From Bacillota bacterium (GTDB taxonomy: Bacteria; Bacillota; Sulfobacillia; JAMCWA01): 64,000 nt of DNA. A model generated the notes under the pieces. It searched no databases. It saw only the letters and a list, made by a program, of their open reading frames with translations, and was not told the origin of the DNA. The translations under genes and the position numbers were made by a program. Shown here piece by piece: positions 42,801 to 53,027 of this stretch. Position 1 is the first letter of the stretch. Each line of letters opens with the position of its first letter. Location: NCBI GenBank assembly GCA_023475165.1, contig JAMCWA010000029.1, positions 1,950 to 65,949 of the forward strand, read 5' to 3'.

Positions 42801-42825
42801 TTCTATGTAACTGAATCCTTATCAT

Positions 42826-42859
42826 GAGAAAGCCTCACCGTTTTCGGTGAGGCTTTCTC
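42826..42859. terminator. Perfect 15-bp stem hairpin (bidirectional terminator candidate)
   Basis: GAGAAAGCCTCACCG-TTTT-CGGTGAGGCTTTCTC. It lies between the convergent synthase gene and the small minus-strand ORF. Confidence 0.5.
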
Positions 42860-42899
42860 ATGGGAGGGCAGCCACAAAAGCTCAGCGGTTATCATCAAC

Positions 42900-43067
42900 T
42901 CAGATCTCATTTTTTGTCTGTCCGCCTAACTGTGGGGTCGCGCCGAGGTTTTCTTCGTAAAAGGGGCATTCCACCTCGTAGAAACTGGCCAGGGGGGTAC
43001 TGTCCTCCAACTCGCAAATCCCGTCCTGATTATGGATGCAGTTTAGGCTGCAGGTGATTTTGATCAA
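42900..43067 (-). CDS. Small Cys-rich protein (DUF1540-like), below the size cutoff of the ORF track
   Basis: Minus strand: AAGGAGG, 8 nt, then TTG 43067. Sequence MIKITCSLNCIHNQDGICELEDSTPLASFYEVECPFYEENLGATPQLGGQTKNEI, stop at 42900-42902. The C-x3-C-x-HN-x-DG-x-C pattern resembles DUF1540. Confidence 0.5.
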   Translation of the reverse strand: MIKITCSLNCIHNQDGICELEDSTPLASFYEVECPFYEENLGATPQLGGQTKNEI

Positions 43068-43487
43068 GTCCACCACCTCCTTGTTTATGATGACCCCAGG
43101 GAGAGGGAATTATTAAGGAATTATCATTAGGACCATTGTCACAAACTCGTCGGGGCAAAGCGCTGCCGGAAAGGGTTGGGTCGTTAGGAAAATAACAAAG
43201 CCTCCGAGGAAGAGCCGTTCCCAAGTATCAATTACCTGAGTTTTGCCGGAGGGCAGCGAGGCAAGGAATTCAAGGGCCAGCTATAAAAGGCGTCTTCTTT
43301 GTAACGCGGGGGAGGATTACATAAATATACGAGAAGTATAATTTTTCGGCCACTATGTGAATTAGATATTTTTTCAATTGTGCAAAAGAAATGAAGGAAT
43401 TTGCCTTCTTGTGACGTAAATATATTATAGCCTATATTCTATTTCTTAGCTTAGTAACCCGAACGAGACAGGAGGTCCTATTGAGAG

Positions 43488-44282
43488 ATGACTCCTCCCG
43501 CCGGCCAACTGGTGGTTGAGAAGCTTATACTGCACTTTGGTGGTCTAACGGCTCTCTCTGGAGTGAACCTGGAGGCCCGCCCCGGTGAGATCCTGGCCGT
43601 CATCGGCCCAAATGGGGCGGGAAAGACCAGCCTCCTGAATTGTATTAGCGGCCTCTACCACCCCAATTCGGGGACCATTACCTTTGGACAGAAAGATATC
43701 ACCAAGATGCCCGCTCCCACGCGGGCTCGCCTTGGTATTGCGCGGACCTTTCAGAACATAGAGCTTTTTCGGCACATGACCGTTCTGGAAAACCTCATGC
43801 TGGGACGCCACATTCACTTGAAAACCGGGGTCCTGGCCGGGGGGCTCTATTGGAGATGGGCCCAGAGCGAAGAAGTCCAACACCGCCGGGTGGTCGAAGA
43901 GATCATCGACTTTCTGGAGATTGAACGGATTCGCAAGAAGACAGTCGGTACCCTGGCTTATGGGCTGCAAAAACGGGTGGAACTGGGCCGGGCCCTAGCC
44001 CTGGAACCGAAGCTCCTGCTGCTCGACGAGCCCATGGCGGGCATGAACACCGAGGAGAAGGAAGATATGGCCCGTTTCATTCTCGACATTAACGAGGAGC
44101 GGGGGGTTACCGTCATACTCATCGAGCACGACATGGGTGTGGTGATGGACATCTCCGATCGGGTGGCGGTACTGGACTTTGGCCGCAAGATCGCCGAGGG
44201 CAAGCCTGAGGAGGTCAAGGAGAATCCGGAGGTCATCAAGGCCTACTTGGGTGGGAAGGATCTTCAGCTCACCGTCGTCTAG
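43488..44282 (+). CDS. Branched-chain amino acid-type ABC transporter ATP-binding protein (LivG-like)
   Basis: Walker A GPNGAGKTS, signature LAYGLQKRVELGRAL, Walker B LLLLDEP, LivG-type C-terminus. Confidence 0.9.
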   Translation: MTPPAGQLVVEKLILHFGGLTALSGVNLEARPGEILAVIGPNGAGKTSLLNCISGLYHPNSGTITFGQKDITKMPAPTRARLGIARTFQNIELFRHMTVLENLMLGRHIHLKTGVLAGGLYWRWAQSEEVQHRRVVEEIIDFLEIERIRKKTVGTLAYGLQKRVELGRALALEPKLLLLDEPMAGMNTEEKEDMARFILDINEERGVTVILIEHDMGVVMDISDRVAVLDFGRKIAEGKPEEVKENPEVIKAYLGGKDLQLTVV

Positions 44283-44395
44283 ACCAACCGTGCTCAGGAC
44301 CTCATGTCTCACGGCAACAACTGAAATGAGTGAAAACAGAAGGATGATCGATAGTTGACGGTGCCCGCCACCTCTACTGTGCTGGGGAGGTAAGA

Positions 44396-46339
44396 ATGAA
44401 CGAGGATACCCTGCCGAAATTGCTTTGGAGAAATGCCCTGCAAGCCGGTAACCGGGTAGCCCTGCGGGAAAAGGAGTTCGGAATCTGGGGCGAGGTCACC
44501 TGGCAGGGGTACCTGGAGCACGTCCGGGATTTTTCCCTGGGACTAATCAGCCTGGGTCTTGGGCAAGGGGATAAGATCGCCATCATTGGCGATAATCGAC
44601 CGGAGTGGGTCTATGCCGAGTTGGCCGTTCAGGCGGCCGGCGGAGTGTCGGTGGGGATTTACCAGGACTCCTTGCCCAAGGAAGTGGCCTATGTCATTGA
44701 TCACTCCGACGCCCTCTACGTGGTGGTGGAAGATCAGGAACAAGTGGATAAGATCCTGGAGATCAAGGAATACTTCCCCAGGGTCAAGGCCGTCATCTAT
44801 TATGACCCCAAGGGTCTGCGCAATTATCAGGAACCATTTCTTATGGCCTTTGAAGAGGTCGAAGAACGGGGTCGGCGCTTTGGTGCGGAGCACCCTGGCT
44901 TCTTCGAAGCCAGCCTGTCCCGGGGCCAAGCCAACGATCCCGCCATCATTTCCTATACTTCAGGAACGACTGGCTTTCCGAAGGGAGCCATGCTCAGTCA
45001 CCGTAACCTGATCAGCATGGCCAGAAATCTCCTGGCCTTTGATCCGATGGCCCCCGGCGACGAGTATGTTTCCTTTTTGCCGCTGGCCTGGATCGGCGAG
45101 CAAATGATGTCCCTCTCCGCCTCCCTTTGGGTGGGCTCGACGGTCAATTTCCCGGAAGAGCCGGAAACCGTACCGGAGAACCTCCGGGAAATTGGCCCTC
45201 ACATTATCTTCTCGCCGCCCCGCATTTGGGAGAACATGGTTTCCACAGTCCAGGTGAAGATTGAAGACTCAACCTTCTTGAAGAAGGTTTTCTACCGGGC
45301 CTTTATGCCCGTTGGTTACCGGATGGCGGATTATAAGTTCCAAAAGGAGCCGGCCCCCTTGACATTGCGGTTTCTCTACGCCCTGGGTAACTTTCTGGTC
45401 TTCAGTGCCATCAAGGACCACCTGGGGCTTCTACGTCTGCGGCGGGCCTACACCGGCGGAGCGGCCCTGGGCCCTGATGTCTTCCGTTTCTTCCATGCCC
45501 TGGGGGTAAACTTGAAGCAGATCTACGGTCAGACGGAGATCTCCGGGATTTCTGTGGTGCACCGGGATGACGACATCAAGTTTCACACCGTCGGGCGTCC
45601 CATTGAAGAGACGGAGATCAGAATCGATCCGGAAACGGGGGAGATCCTTTCCCGCAGCCCCAGCGTCTTTCAGGGTTACTACAAGAACCCGGCCGCCACA
45701 ACTGAAACCCTGGCCGGGGGGTGGTTGCATTCGGGGGACGCCGGCTATCTGGAAGAAAGTGGCCACTTGGTGGTCATCGATCGGATGAAAGACGTCATGC
45801 GGTTGGCCGACAATAGCATCTTTTCTCCTCAATACATCGAAAACAAACTGAAATTCAGTATGTACATTAAGGAAGCGGTGGTGGTGGGAAAAGAGAGGCC
45901 CTTCGTCATCGCCCTCATCAATATCGACATGGCCAATGCCGGCAAGTGGGCGGAGAATCACCGGCTGGCCTATACCACTTATACTGATCTGGCCCAGAAG
46001 CCTGAGGTTTATCAACTTCTCCGGGCCGAAGTGGAAAGGGTTAACCGGGACCTCCCGGAGGCGGCGCGAATTCGCCGTTTTGTCTCGCTGCACAAGGAAC
46101 TCGATGCTGATGATGAGGAACTTACCCGGACCAGGAAGATCAGGCGGGGGTACGTTTATGAAAAGTACCAGGACCTGGTGGAAGCCATCTACCGAGGCGA
46201 TGAGACGGTAAAGGTGGAGGCCAGGATTCGCTACCGGGATGGGCGGGAAGGAGTGGTGGAGACCGCTCTGCGAGTTATGGACTTGTCTTCCGGCGGGGAG
46301 GCCACGAGAGTGCTGACAAACTGCGTTTTGAGTGGTTAA
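44396..46339 (+). CDS. AMP-forming long-chain acyl-CoA synthetase embedded in the ABC transporter operon
   Basis: ISYTSGTTGFPKGAMLSH, IYGQTE, HSGDAGY...GHLVVIDRMKDV. The last ~12 codons and the stop (TAA 46337-46339) lie within a repeat-family module. Confidence 0.9.
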   Translation: MNEDTLPKLLWRNALQAGNRVALREKEFGIWGEVTWQGYLEHVRDFSLGLISLGLGQGDKIAIIGDNRPEWVYAELAVQAAGGVSVGIYQDSLPKEVAYVIDHSDALYVVVEDQEQVDKILEIKEYFPRVKAVIYYDPKGLRNYQEPFLMAFEEVEERGRRFGAEHPGFFEASLSRGQANDPAIISYTSGTTGFPKGAMLSHRNLISMARNLLAFDPMAPGDEYVSFLPLAWIGEQMMSLSASLWVGSTVNFPEEPETVPENLREIGPHIIFSPPRIWENMVSTVQVKIEDSTFLKKVFYRAFMPVGYRMADYKFQKEPAPLTLRFLYALGNFLVFSAIKDHLGLLRLRRAYTGGAALGPDVFRFFHALGVNLKQIYGQTEISGISVVHRDDDIKFHTVGRPIEETEIRIDPETGEILSRSPSVFQGYYKNPAATTETLAGGWLHSGDAGYLEESGHLVVIDRMKDVMRLADNSIFSPQYIENKLKFSMYIKEAVVVGKERPFVIALINIDMANAGKWAENHRLAYTTYTDLAQKPEVYQLLRAEVERVNRDLPEAARIRRFVSLHKELDADDEELTRTRKIRRGYVYEKYQDLVEAIYRGDETVKVEARIRYRDGREGVVETALRVMDLSSGGEATRVLTNCVLSG

Positions 46340-46349
46340 CCCGGCCGGG
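46307..46349 (+). repeat. Repeat-family left-end module overlapping the 3' end of the acyl-CoA synthetase CDS
   Basis: GAGTGCTGACAAACTGCGTTTTGAGTGGTTAACCCGGCCGGG matches GCTGACGAACTGCGTTTTAGGTGGTTAACCCGCCCGAG at 50743-50780. Confidence 0.8.
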
Positions 46350-46364
46350 AATGGAGGTCATACA

Positions 46365-47249
46365 ATGGTTTTCCTGCTGCAACTTATCGTAAGCGGCCTG
46401 GTGATCGGCGGTGTCTACGCCCTGGTGGCCTTGGGTTTTGTCCTCATTTACAAGGCCAGTGATGTCATCAACTTTGCCCAGGGGGAGTTTTTGCTCATTG
46501 GTGCCCACCTGGCCCTGACCTTCCTGCTGGTTTTCAATCTTCCCTTTATCCCGGCGGTCCTGGGCGCCTTGACGGTGGCGGTGGTCCTAGGAGCGGCCGT
46601 CGAGAGGGTGGTTTTGCGGCCCCTGATTGGCGAGCCCATCATATCCATGATTATGGCCACCATTGGGCTTTCCAGTGCTCTGCGCGGCCTTCTGCAGGTG
46701 TTTTGGGGCACTGAGACCAGGACTTTCCCCAACATCTTTCCCCAGGATGCCATTAACCTGGGCGGGGTGGTAGTTTCCCAGGTCTACCTCTGGTCTTTGG
46801 GCATCGCTCTGGTGCTCTTAGCCCTTTTCTCTTTCTTTTTCAAACGCTCTATTATGGGAATCGCCATGCGGGCCACAGCTGATGACCAGCAGGCCGCGCT
46901 TTCCATGGGCATCAGCGTCAAGGTGGCCTTCGCCGTGACCTGGGCCCTGGCCGCCGCTATTTCCACCGTGGGCGGGGTACTCCTGGGTAATATCAACGGG
47001 GTAAACATCTCTCTGGCCCATTTCGGCCTCAAGGTCTTGCCAGTGGTCATCCTGGGAGGGCTGGATAGCATTCCGGGGGCCATTGTCGGCGGGTTCATCA
47101 TTGGGATCCTGGAAAACCTGGCCGGGGGATACCTTGACCCCCTGTTGGGAGGTGGAGTTAAGGAAGTGGCACCCTTTATCATCCTGGTCCTCATCCTCAT
47201 GCTCAAGCCCTATGGTCTTTTCGGAAAGCAAGTCATCGAGCGGGTCTAG
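46365..47249 (+). CDS. ABC transporter permease (LivH-like)
   Basis: ATG 46365 lies 7 nt after GGAGG. MVFLLQLIVSGLVIGGVYALVALGFVLIYKAS is the typical LivH N-terminus. Confidence 0.9.
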   Translation: MVFLLQLIVSGLVIGGVYALVALGFVLIYKASDVINFAQGEFLLIGAHLALTFLLVFNLPFIPAVLGALTVAVVLGAAVERVVLRPLIGEPIISMIMATIGLSSALRGLLQVFWGTETRTFPNIFPQDAINLGGVVVSQVYLWSLGIALVLLALFSFFFKRSIMGIAMRATADDQQAALSMGISVKVAFAVTWALAAAISTVGGVLLGNINGVNISLAHFGLKVLPVVILGGLDSIPGAIVGGFIIGILENLAGGYLDPLLGGGVKEVAPFIILVLILMLKPYGLFGKQVIERV

Positions 47250-47321
47250 CAGACTGCTGATAAATGGCGTCTTTGGTGGTTAACAGTCCCAGAGAGCAAC
47301 TGAAAGAAAGGGTGCTAACCA

Positions 47322-48401
47322 TTGCCGGCCGGCCTCAAGTTGCGAAACCCCTTTGCCATGGAATGCGGTGTCTATAAGACCACCTATGAACAGGACATGG
47401 CCCTTCACCCCACTCCCCTCTCTCGCCTCCGCCTGGCGGCCATGCTCGCTGTTTTCGTCCTCTTTCCTCTGATGGCAGACCCATACTACGTTTCAGTGGC
47501 CAACCTCATTGCCATTGCCGCCATCGGAGCCATCGGGTTAAACCTGTTGACTGGTTTCACCGGGCAGATCTCCATCGGCCACGGTGCCTTCATTGGGGTG
47601 GGGGCCTATACCTCCGGTTATCTGACGTCACAGCTGGGGGTGCCTTTTTGGGTGGCCCTTCCCCTGGCCGGAATTGCGGCGGCCGTAGTTGGGGCGCTTT
47701 TCGGATTACCCTCCCTGCGGCTGAAGGGGCTTTACCTGGCCATGGCCACCCTGGCCGCCCAGGTCATTATCGAGTTTACCATGTACCACTGGACAGCGGT
47801 GACCGGTGGGAGCCGGGGCTTATTGCTTACGTCACCCAGCCTGGGGGGGTTTGTTTTCAATAGTGAGATCCGGTATTACTATCTGTTTCTGGCTCTGACG
47901 GCGGCGGCTTTCATCTTTGCCCAAAACCTCACGCGGACCCGGGTGGGTCGCGCCTTCATGGCCATCCGGGATCGGGACCTGGCGGCTGAGGTTACCGGGA
48001 TTGAGCTCTTCCACTATAAGATTATGGCTTTTGCCGTGAGTTCCTTCTATGCCGGGGTGGCGGGAACCCTCTGGGGACATTACCTCACCGTCATCAGTCC
48101 GGAGCACTTCACCATCTCTACCTCAGTAGAATACCTGGCCATGATCATCATCGGGGGACTGGGGAATGTCACCGGTTCCATCTTTGGCGCCGCCTTTATG
48201 ACCTTGATCCCTATCCTATTGCGGGGGTTATCCAAGGCCATGACCGGGGTCTTTCCCAACATAGAAACGGTTATCAACGCCTTGCGGGAGTTCACCTTCG
48301 GGGCAACCATCATCATTTTCCTGATCTTCGAACCGGAAGGCCTGGCCAAGATGTGGAAAAACATCAAGGACTATTTCCGGCTCTGGCCTTTTTCCTATTG
48401 A
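47322..48401 (+). CDS. ABC transporter permease (LivM-like)
   Basis: Polytopic. GLNLLTGFTGQISIGHGAFIGVGAY is the LivM signature. The start is uncertain: TTG 47322 or ATG 47359. Confidence 0.85.
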   Translation: MPAGLKLRNPFAMECGVYKTTYEQDMALHPTPLSRLRLAAMLAVFVLFPLMADPYYVSVANLIAIAAIGAIGLNLLTGFTGQISIGHGAFIGVGAYTSGYLTSQLGVPFWVALPLAGIAAAVVGALFGLPSLRLKGLYLAMATLAAQVIIEFTMYHWTAVTGGSRGLLLTSPSLGGFVFNSEIRYYYLFLALTAAAFIFAQNLTRTRVGRAFMAIRDRDLAAEVTGIELFHYKIMAFAVSSFYAGVAGTLWGHYLTVISPEHFTISTSVEYLAMIIIGGLGNVTGSIFGAAFMTLIPILLRGLSKAMTGVFPNIETVINALREFTFGATIIIFLIFEPEGLAKMWKNIKDYFRLWPFSY

Positions 48402-48541
48402 CTCTTATGACGCCGGGTGTTGCCAGGGTGAATCAGCTCTTATTGAGGGGGGTGATTTCTGGGCAACTTGCTTTTGACCTTGGTCCCAGGGAATCCTTCG
48501 GAGCGGGGTACAACTCAACCATTCAAAAAGGGGGTTAAAAG

Positions 48542-49762
48542 GTGAGGAAGGGTAGAACAAAGGTACTGGTGATCATATTGATGCTGGTCATGGTAGCCGT
48601 CCTGGCCGGCTGCGGTGGTTCTGGCAGTTCCAGCTCCGGTGGAAAGGAGACGGCCAAGCCCAAAGAACCGATCAAGCTGGGGGGTATCTTTGATATCACC
48701 GGTGGGACTGGTGACGTCGGGGCCCCCTACGCCGATGGGGTCAAGGATTACATTAAGTACATCAATTCCAAGGGGGGTGTCAATGGCCGGCAGATCAATC
48801 TGATTGACATTGACTATGCCTACCAGATCCCCAAGGCGCTGGATGCCTACAAGAAGTTGACCACTCAGGACAAGGTCGTGGCCATCCTGGGGTGGGGGAC
48901 GGGTGACACTGAGGCCATGGTCCCCCTGATCACCAAGGATAAGATCCCGTTTATGTCAGCTTCCTATTCGGAACACCTCCTAGAGCTCTCGACGCATCCT
49001 TACAACTTCCTGATCGCCCAGTCCTACTCCGATCAGTTGAAAATGGTTTTGAAATGGATCAAGGATAATTGGAAGGATACCTCTCGCAAGCCCCGGGCGG
49101 CCTTCATCTACAACGATACCGGCTTTGGGCTTTCCCCCATCGCCGACGGAGAAAAGTACGCCGCCGAAGTCGGGGTAGAGCTGGTGGATAAGGTCAATGT
49201 GCCCTTGACCGCCCTGGACGCCACCTCACAACTGACCAACATGCAAAAAAAGAACCCCGATTTTGCCATCATTCAGGAGACGGGCATGGCCACGGCCACT
49301 GTCCTCAAGGATGCCAAGCGCCTCAAGTTACCAACGAAGTTCATCGGGCTGAACTGGGCCTTTGACGAAAAGGTGATCAAACTGGCCGGGGAGGCCGCCG
49401 AGGGTTACGTTGGAGTGGTGCCTTTCGCCTTCGCCTCCGATGATATCCCCGCCATAAAGCCCCTGAAGGAAGCTACTAACGCCAGCGGGAAGAAATGGGA
49501 CGAAAGGACACAGAAGTACGTGCAAGGGTGGGCCACAGCCATGGTCATGGTGGAAGGACTGAAACGGGCCGGCGACGATCTATCTGGGGAAGGGATCAAA
49601 AAAGCCCTGGAAGGGATACAAAACTTTGACACGGGTGGGCTGGCGGCGCCCGTCTCCTTCTCTAGCTCCAGTCATCGCGGTAGTACCCAGGCCAGGCTTT
49701 ACGAAGTCAAGGGGGGGAAGTTTGTGCCCTTGACGGGTTGGCTGAAGTCTCCCGGAAGATAA
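48542..49762 (+). CDS. Periplasmic-type substrate-binding lipoprotein (LivK / type I PBP family)
   Basis: GTG 48542 after AAGGGGG. Lipobox LAGCGGS. KLGGIFDITGG...GVNGRQINLIDIDYAYQ matches the Leu/Ile/Val-binding-protein fold family. Confidence 0.9.
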   Translation: MRKGRTKVLVIILMLVMVAVLAGCGGSGSSSSGGKETAKPKEPIKLGGIFDITGGTGDVGAPYADGVKDYIKYINSKGGVNGRQINLIDIDYAYQIPKALDAYKKLTTQDKVVAILGWGTGDTEAMVPLITKDKIPFMSASYSEHLLELSTHPYNFLIAQSYSDQLKMVLKWIKDNWKDTSRKPRAAFIYNDTGFGLSPIADGEKYAAEVGVELVDKVNVPLTALDATSQLTNMQKKNPDFAIIQETGMATATVLKDAKRLKLPTKFIGLNWAFDEKVIKLAGEAAEGYVGVVPFAFASDDIPAIKPLKEATNASGKKWDERTQKYVQGWATAMVMVEGLKRAGDDLSGEGIKKALEGIQNFDTGGLAAPVSFSSSSHRGSTQARLYEVKGGKFVPLTGWLKSPGR

Positions 49763-49941
49763 AGATAGATGAGATGGGCTTGGCGCAAACTGGGCTCTAT
49801 TGACGACTGGGGTCGGGGTCTTCAAGAAACTGAGAAATGAGGTGAAAGCCAGCCGGTGGGGTGAAGCAGGGGTGACTTTGGAATGTAGGGTTAATGACCC
49901 GGGTTTGGAGTCGCGGTGCGCACCACACCGGCCGGCCCTCC

Positions 49942-50736
49942 ATGTTAACCTTGAATAACGTGGAAGTCATGTATGATAACGTCATCCTCGTCCTGAAGGG
50001 GATGTCCATGGCGGTGCCGCAGGGGAAGATCGTGGCCCTTTTGGGTTCCAACGGCGCGGGCAAGAGTACGACTCTGAAGGCCATCTCCGGTCTGCTGAAA
50101 GCTGAGGATGGGGCCGTCACCGATGGAGATATCAACTTCGAGGGCCAACGCATCGATAACCAGTCGGCCGACGCCATTGTCAGGCGGGGAATCTTCCAGG
50201 TCATGGAGGGACGCCGGGTCTTTGAACACCTGACGACGGAGGAGAACCTCCTGGCGGGGTCTTACATCCGACGCGACCGCCAAAACATCAAGAGGGACCT
50301 GAGTCTAGTCTACGACTATTTTCCTCAACTGATGAAACTGCAAAAAAGAACGGCTGGTTATCTCAGCGGTGGGGAGCAGCAAATGCTGGCCATCGGACGG
50401 GGTTTGATGGCCCGCCCCAAGCTCCTGCTCCTTGATGAGCCGTCCCTGGGATTAAGTCCTCTCTTGGTCAGGGAGATTTTCGAGATCATTCGCCGGATCA
50501 ACCAGGAGGAAAAGACCACCATCCTTTTGGTGGAGCAAAGTGCCACCATGGCTCTGGGGATCGCCGACTACGGCTATATCATGGAAAACGGGAAGATCGT
50601 CCTGGAGGGAACGGCGGAAAAGCTCCGGGACAACGAGGACGTCAAGGAGTTTTATCTGGGTTTGACCGAGGTCGGGAAGAAAAAGAGTTACCGGGAAGTA
50701 AAACACTACAAGCGGCGAAAGCGATGGCTTTCCTAG
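49942..50736 (+). CDS. ABC transporter ATP-binding protein (LivF-like)
   Basis: MLTLNNVEVMYDNVILVLKGMS, Walker A GSNGAGKST, signature LSGGEQQMLAIGRGL, Walker B LLLLDEPS. The alternative start is ATG 49894. Its stop TAG 50734-50736 is the first triplet of a repeat element. Confidence 0.85.
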   Translation: MLTLNNVEVMYDNVILVLKGMSMAVPQGKIVALLGSNGAGKSTTLKAISGLLKAEDGAVTDGDINFEGQRIDNQSADAIVRRGIFQVMEGRRVFEHLTTEENLLAGSYIRRDRQNIKRDLSLVYDYFPQLMKLQKRTAGYLSGGEQQMLAIGRGLMARPKLLLLDEPSLGLSPLLVREIFEIIRRINQEEKTTILLVEQSATMALGIADYGYIMENGKIVLEGTAEKLRDNEDVKEFYLGLTEVGKKKSYREVKHYKRRKRWLS

Positions 50737-51002
50737 GAGACCGCTGACGAACTGCGTTTTAGGTGGTTAACCCGCCCGAGAAGCTGTTAGGGCGAGACCG
50801 CTCAAAAATCCCCAGATGCTAGGAGCGACAAGGCGCCGAGGCGAGGCGTACTAGGTGGTACGTTGAGCGAGGAGCCGCCGGAGCGACAATCTGCAATAGT
50901 AACGCCCCTTTGATAAAAAGGTTCTTTCTTGCAGATTGCGCCACACCGCAGATGGGTGTTTTTCAGCGGTCTCCTAGGAGACCGCTGACGAACTGCGTTT
51001 TC
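50734..51002 (+). repeat. Full-length repeat-family copy (about 240 bp) plus an abutting 28-bp left-end fragment, forming a 24-bp perfect palindrome at the junction
   Basis: TAGGAGACCGCTGACGAACTGCG...(50734..), CCAGATGCTAGGAGCGACAAGG...GAGCGACAAT (50812-50890), ATTGCGCCACACCGCAGATGGGTGTTTTTCAGCGGTCTCC (50935-50974), then TAGGAGACCGCTGACGAACTGCGTTTTC (50975-51002). Palindrome CAGCGGTCTCCTAGGAGACCGCTG at 50964-50987. Confidence 0.9.
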
Positions 51003-51018
51003 AAGGAGGCTCTTACTA

Positions 51019-52989
51019 ATGGCGCAACCGGAGAAGGCCCTGGAGGCTCTTTTAGAGGAGGATCGACTTTTTTATCCCCCGCAAGACTTTGCTCTCCAGG
51101 CCAATGTCAGGGACCAAGGAATTTATCAGGGAGCGCAGAAGGATCCGGAGGCTTTCTGGGCGGCCCAGGCCGAAAGCTTAGACTGGTATAAGCGGTGGGA
51201 TCAAGTGCTGGAATGGAAACCGCCCTTTGCCAAGTGGTTTGTCAACGGGAGATTGAACGTTGCCCATAACTGTATTGACCGGCACCTGAAAACGGCCCGT
51301 AAGAATAAAGCGGCCATTATCTGGGAAGGGGAGCCGGGGGACTCCCGGATCCTGACCTACCAGCAACTGTATTATGAAGTGACCAGATTTGCCAATGTAC
51401 TAAAGGGTTTGGGGGTGAAACGGGGCGACCGGGTAACCCTTTACCTGCCGATGGTTCCGGAACTACCGATCGCCATGTTGGCCTGTGCCCGGATCGGTGC
51501 CCCACACAGTGTTGTCTTCGGCGGTTTTGCGGCAGAGGCCTTGCGAGACCGTATCAATGATGCTCAGGCCAAGGTGGTCATCACCGCCGACGGTGGTTAC
51601 CGCCGGGGCCAGGTGGTGCCCTTGAAGAAAAATGTGGATATGGCCCTGGAAGGAACCCCTTCGGTGGAGAAAGTGGTCGTGGTCAGGCGTATTGGCGGGC
51701 CCTTCGAAACCCCGATGCGCCAGGGGCGCGATCTTTGGTGGCATGACTTGATTGGTGCGGCCCCCCTGCACTGCCCGCCGGAAGAAATGGACGCTGAGGA
51801 TATGCTCTACATCCTTTATACTAGCGGGACCACCGGCAAACCCAAGGGGGTCGTGCATACTACCGGCGGGTATCTGACCGGGGTCAGCACCACCCATCGG
51901 ATGATCTTTGACCTGAAAGAGGACGATATCTACTGGTGTACCGCCGACATCGGGTGGGTCACCGGCCACAGTTATATCGTTTATGGCCCCCTGGCCAACG
52001 GGGCGACTTCGGTGATGTATGAAGGAGCCCCTGACTTTCCGGCCCGGGATCGCTTCTGGGCCATTATTGAGAAGTACGGGGTAACCCTTTTGTACACCGC
52101 CCCCACTGCCATCCGTACCTTTATGAAATGGGGCCCGCAATGGCCAGAACGCCGCGACCTCTCCTCCCTCCGCCTTTTGGGGACAGTGGGTGAACCCATC
52201 AACCCGGAGGCTTGGATATGGTACCATCGGCACATTGGCGGCGGGCGTTGCCCCATCGTTGACACCTGGTGGCAAACGGAGACGGGAATGATCCTCATCA
52301 GCCCGCTACCAGGGATCACGTCCCTCAAACCTGGTTCCGCCACCGTTCCTTTCCCCGGGGTGGACGCTCAGGTGGTAGACGAAAACGGGCGCCCTGTTCC
52401 CAAAGGTTCAGGTGGATACCTGGTGCTAAAGTCTCCCTGGCCGGCCATGCTTCGTACCATCTACGGCGATCCCCAGCGTTATGTTAATCAATACTGGAGC
52501 CGGTGGGAGGGTATGTACTTTACGGGGGATGGAGCCAAGTGGGATGAAGATGGTTACTTCTGGGTACTGGGGCGGGTGGACGATGTCATTAATGTCGCCG
52601 GGCACCGGATTGGAACCATGGAGGTGGAGAGTGCCCTGGTAGACCATCCAACCGTGGCGGAGGCCGCCGTCATCGGCCGGGCCCATGAAGTTAAGGGACA
52701 GGCCCTGGCCGCCTTCGTCATTCTGAAGGAAGGGGTACGCGCGGTACCAGAACTGATCAGCGAATTGAAGGAGCACGTGGCTAGGAAGATTGGTTCTCTG
52801 GCTCGTCCCGAAGATATCATTTTCACCGCGGAGCTGCCCAAGACCAGAAGCGGTAAGATCATGCGCCGGCTGTTGCGGGATGTGGCCGAGGGGCGGAGCC
52901 TGGGTGACACCACCACCCTGGCTGATCCAACGGTGGTGGCCACCCTCTCAGCTAAGGAGGCGAAGGCCTGGTCAGGGGAGGGTGGCTGA
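51019..52989 (+). CDS. acs: Acetyl-CoA synthetase (AMP-forming)
   Basis: [67 protein letters not shown]; 656 aa. Confidence 0.95.
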   Translation: MAQPEKALEALLEEDRLFYPPQDFALQANVRDQGIYQGAQKDPEAFWAAQAESLDWYKRWDQVLEWKPPFAKWFVNGRLNVAHNCIDRHLKTARKNKAAIIWEGEPGDSRILTYQQLYYEVTRFANVLKGLGVKRGDRVTLYLPMVPELPIAMLACARIGAPHSVVFGGFAAEALRDRINDAQAKVVITADGGYRRGQVVPLKKNVDMALEGTPSVEKVVVVRRIGGPFETPMRQGRDLWWHDLIGAAPLHCPPEEMDAEDMLYILYTSGTTGKPKGVVHTTGGYLTGVSTTHRMIFDLKEDDIYWCTADIGWVTGHSYIVYGPLANGATSVMYEGAPDFPARDRFWAIIEKYGVTLLYTAPTAIRTFMKWGPQWPERRDLSSLRLLGTVGEPINPEAWIWYHRHIGGGRCPIVDTWWQTETGMILISPLPGITSLKPGSATVPFPGVDAQVVDENGRPVPKGSGGYLVLKSPWPAMLRTIYGDPQRYVNQYWSRWEGMYFTGDGAKWDEDGYFWVLGRVDDVINVAGHRIGTMEVESALVDHPTVAEAAVIGRAHEVKGQALAAFVILKEGVRAVPELISELKEHVARKIGSLARPEDIIFTAELPKTRSGKIMRRLLRDVAEGRSLGDTTTLADPTVVATLSAKEAKAWSGEGG

Positions 52990-53027
52990 TCGAGGGCAGA
53001 AGACCAAAGGGCTATGACCAGGGCGCT

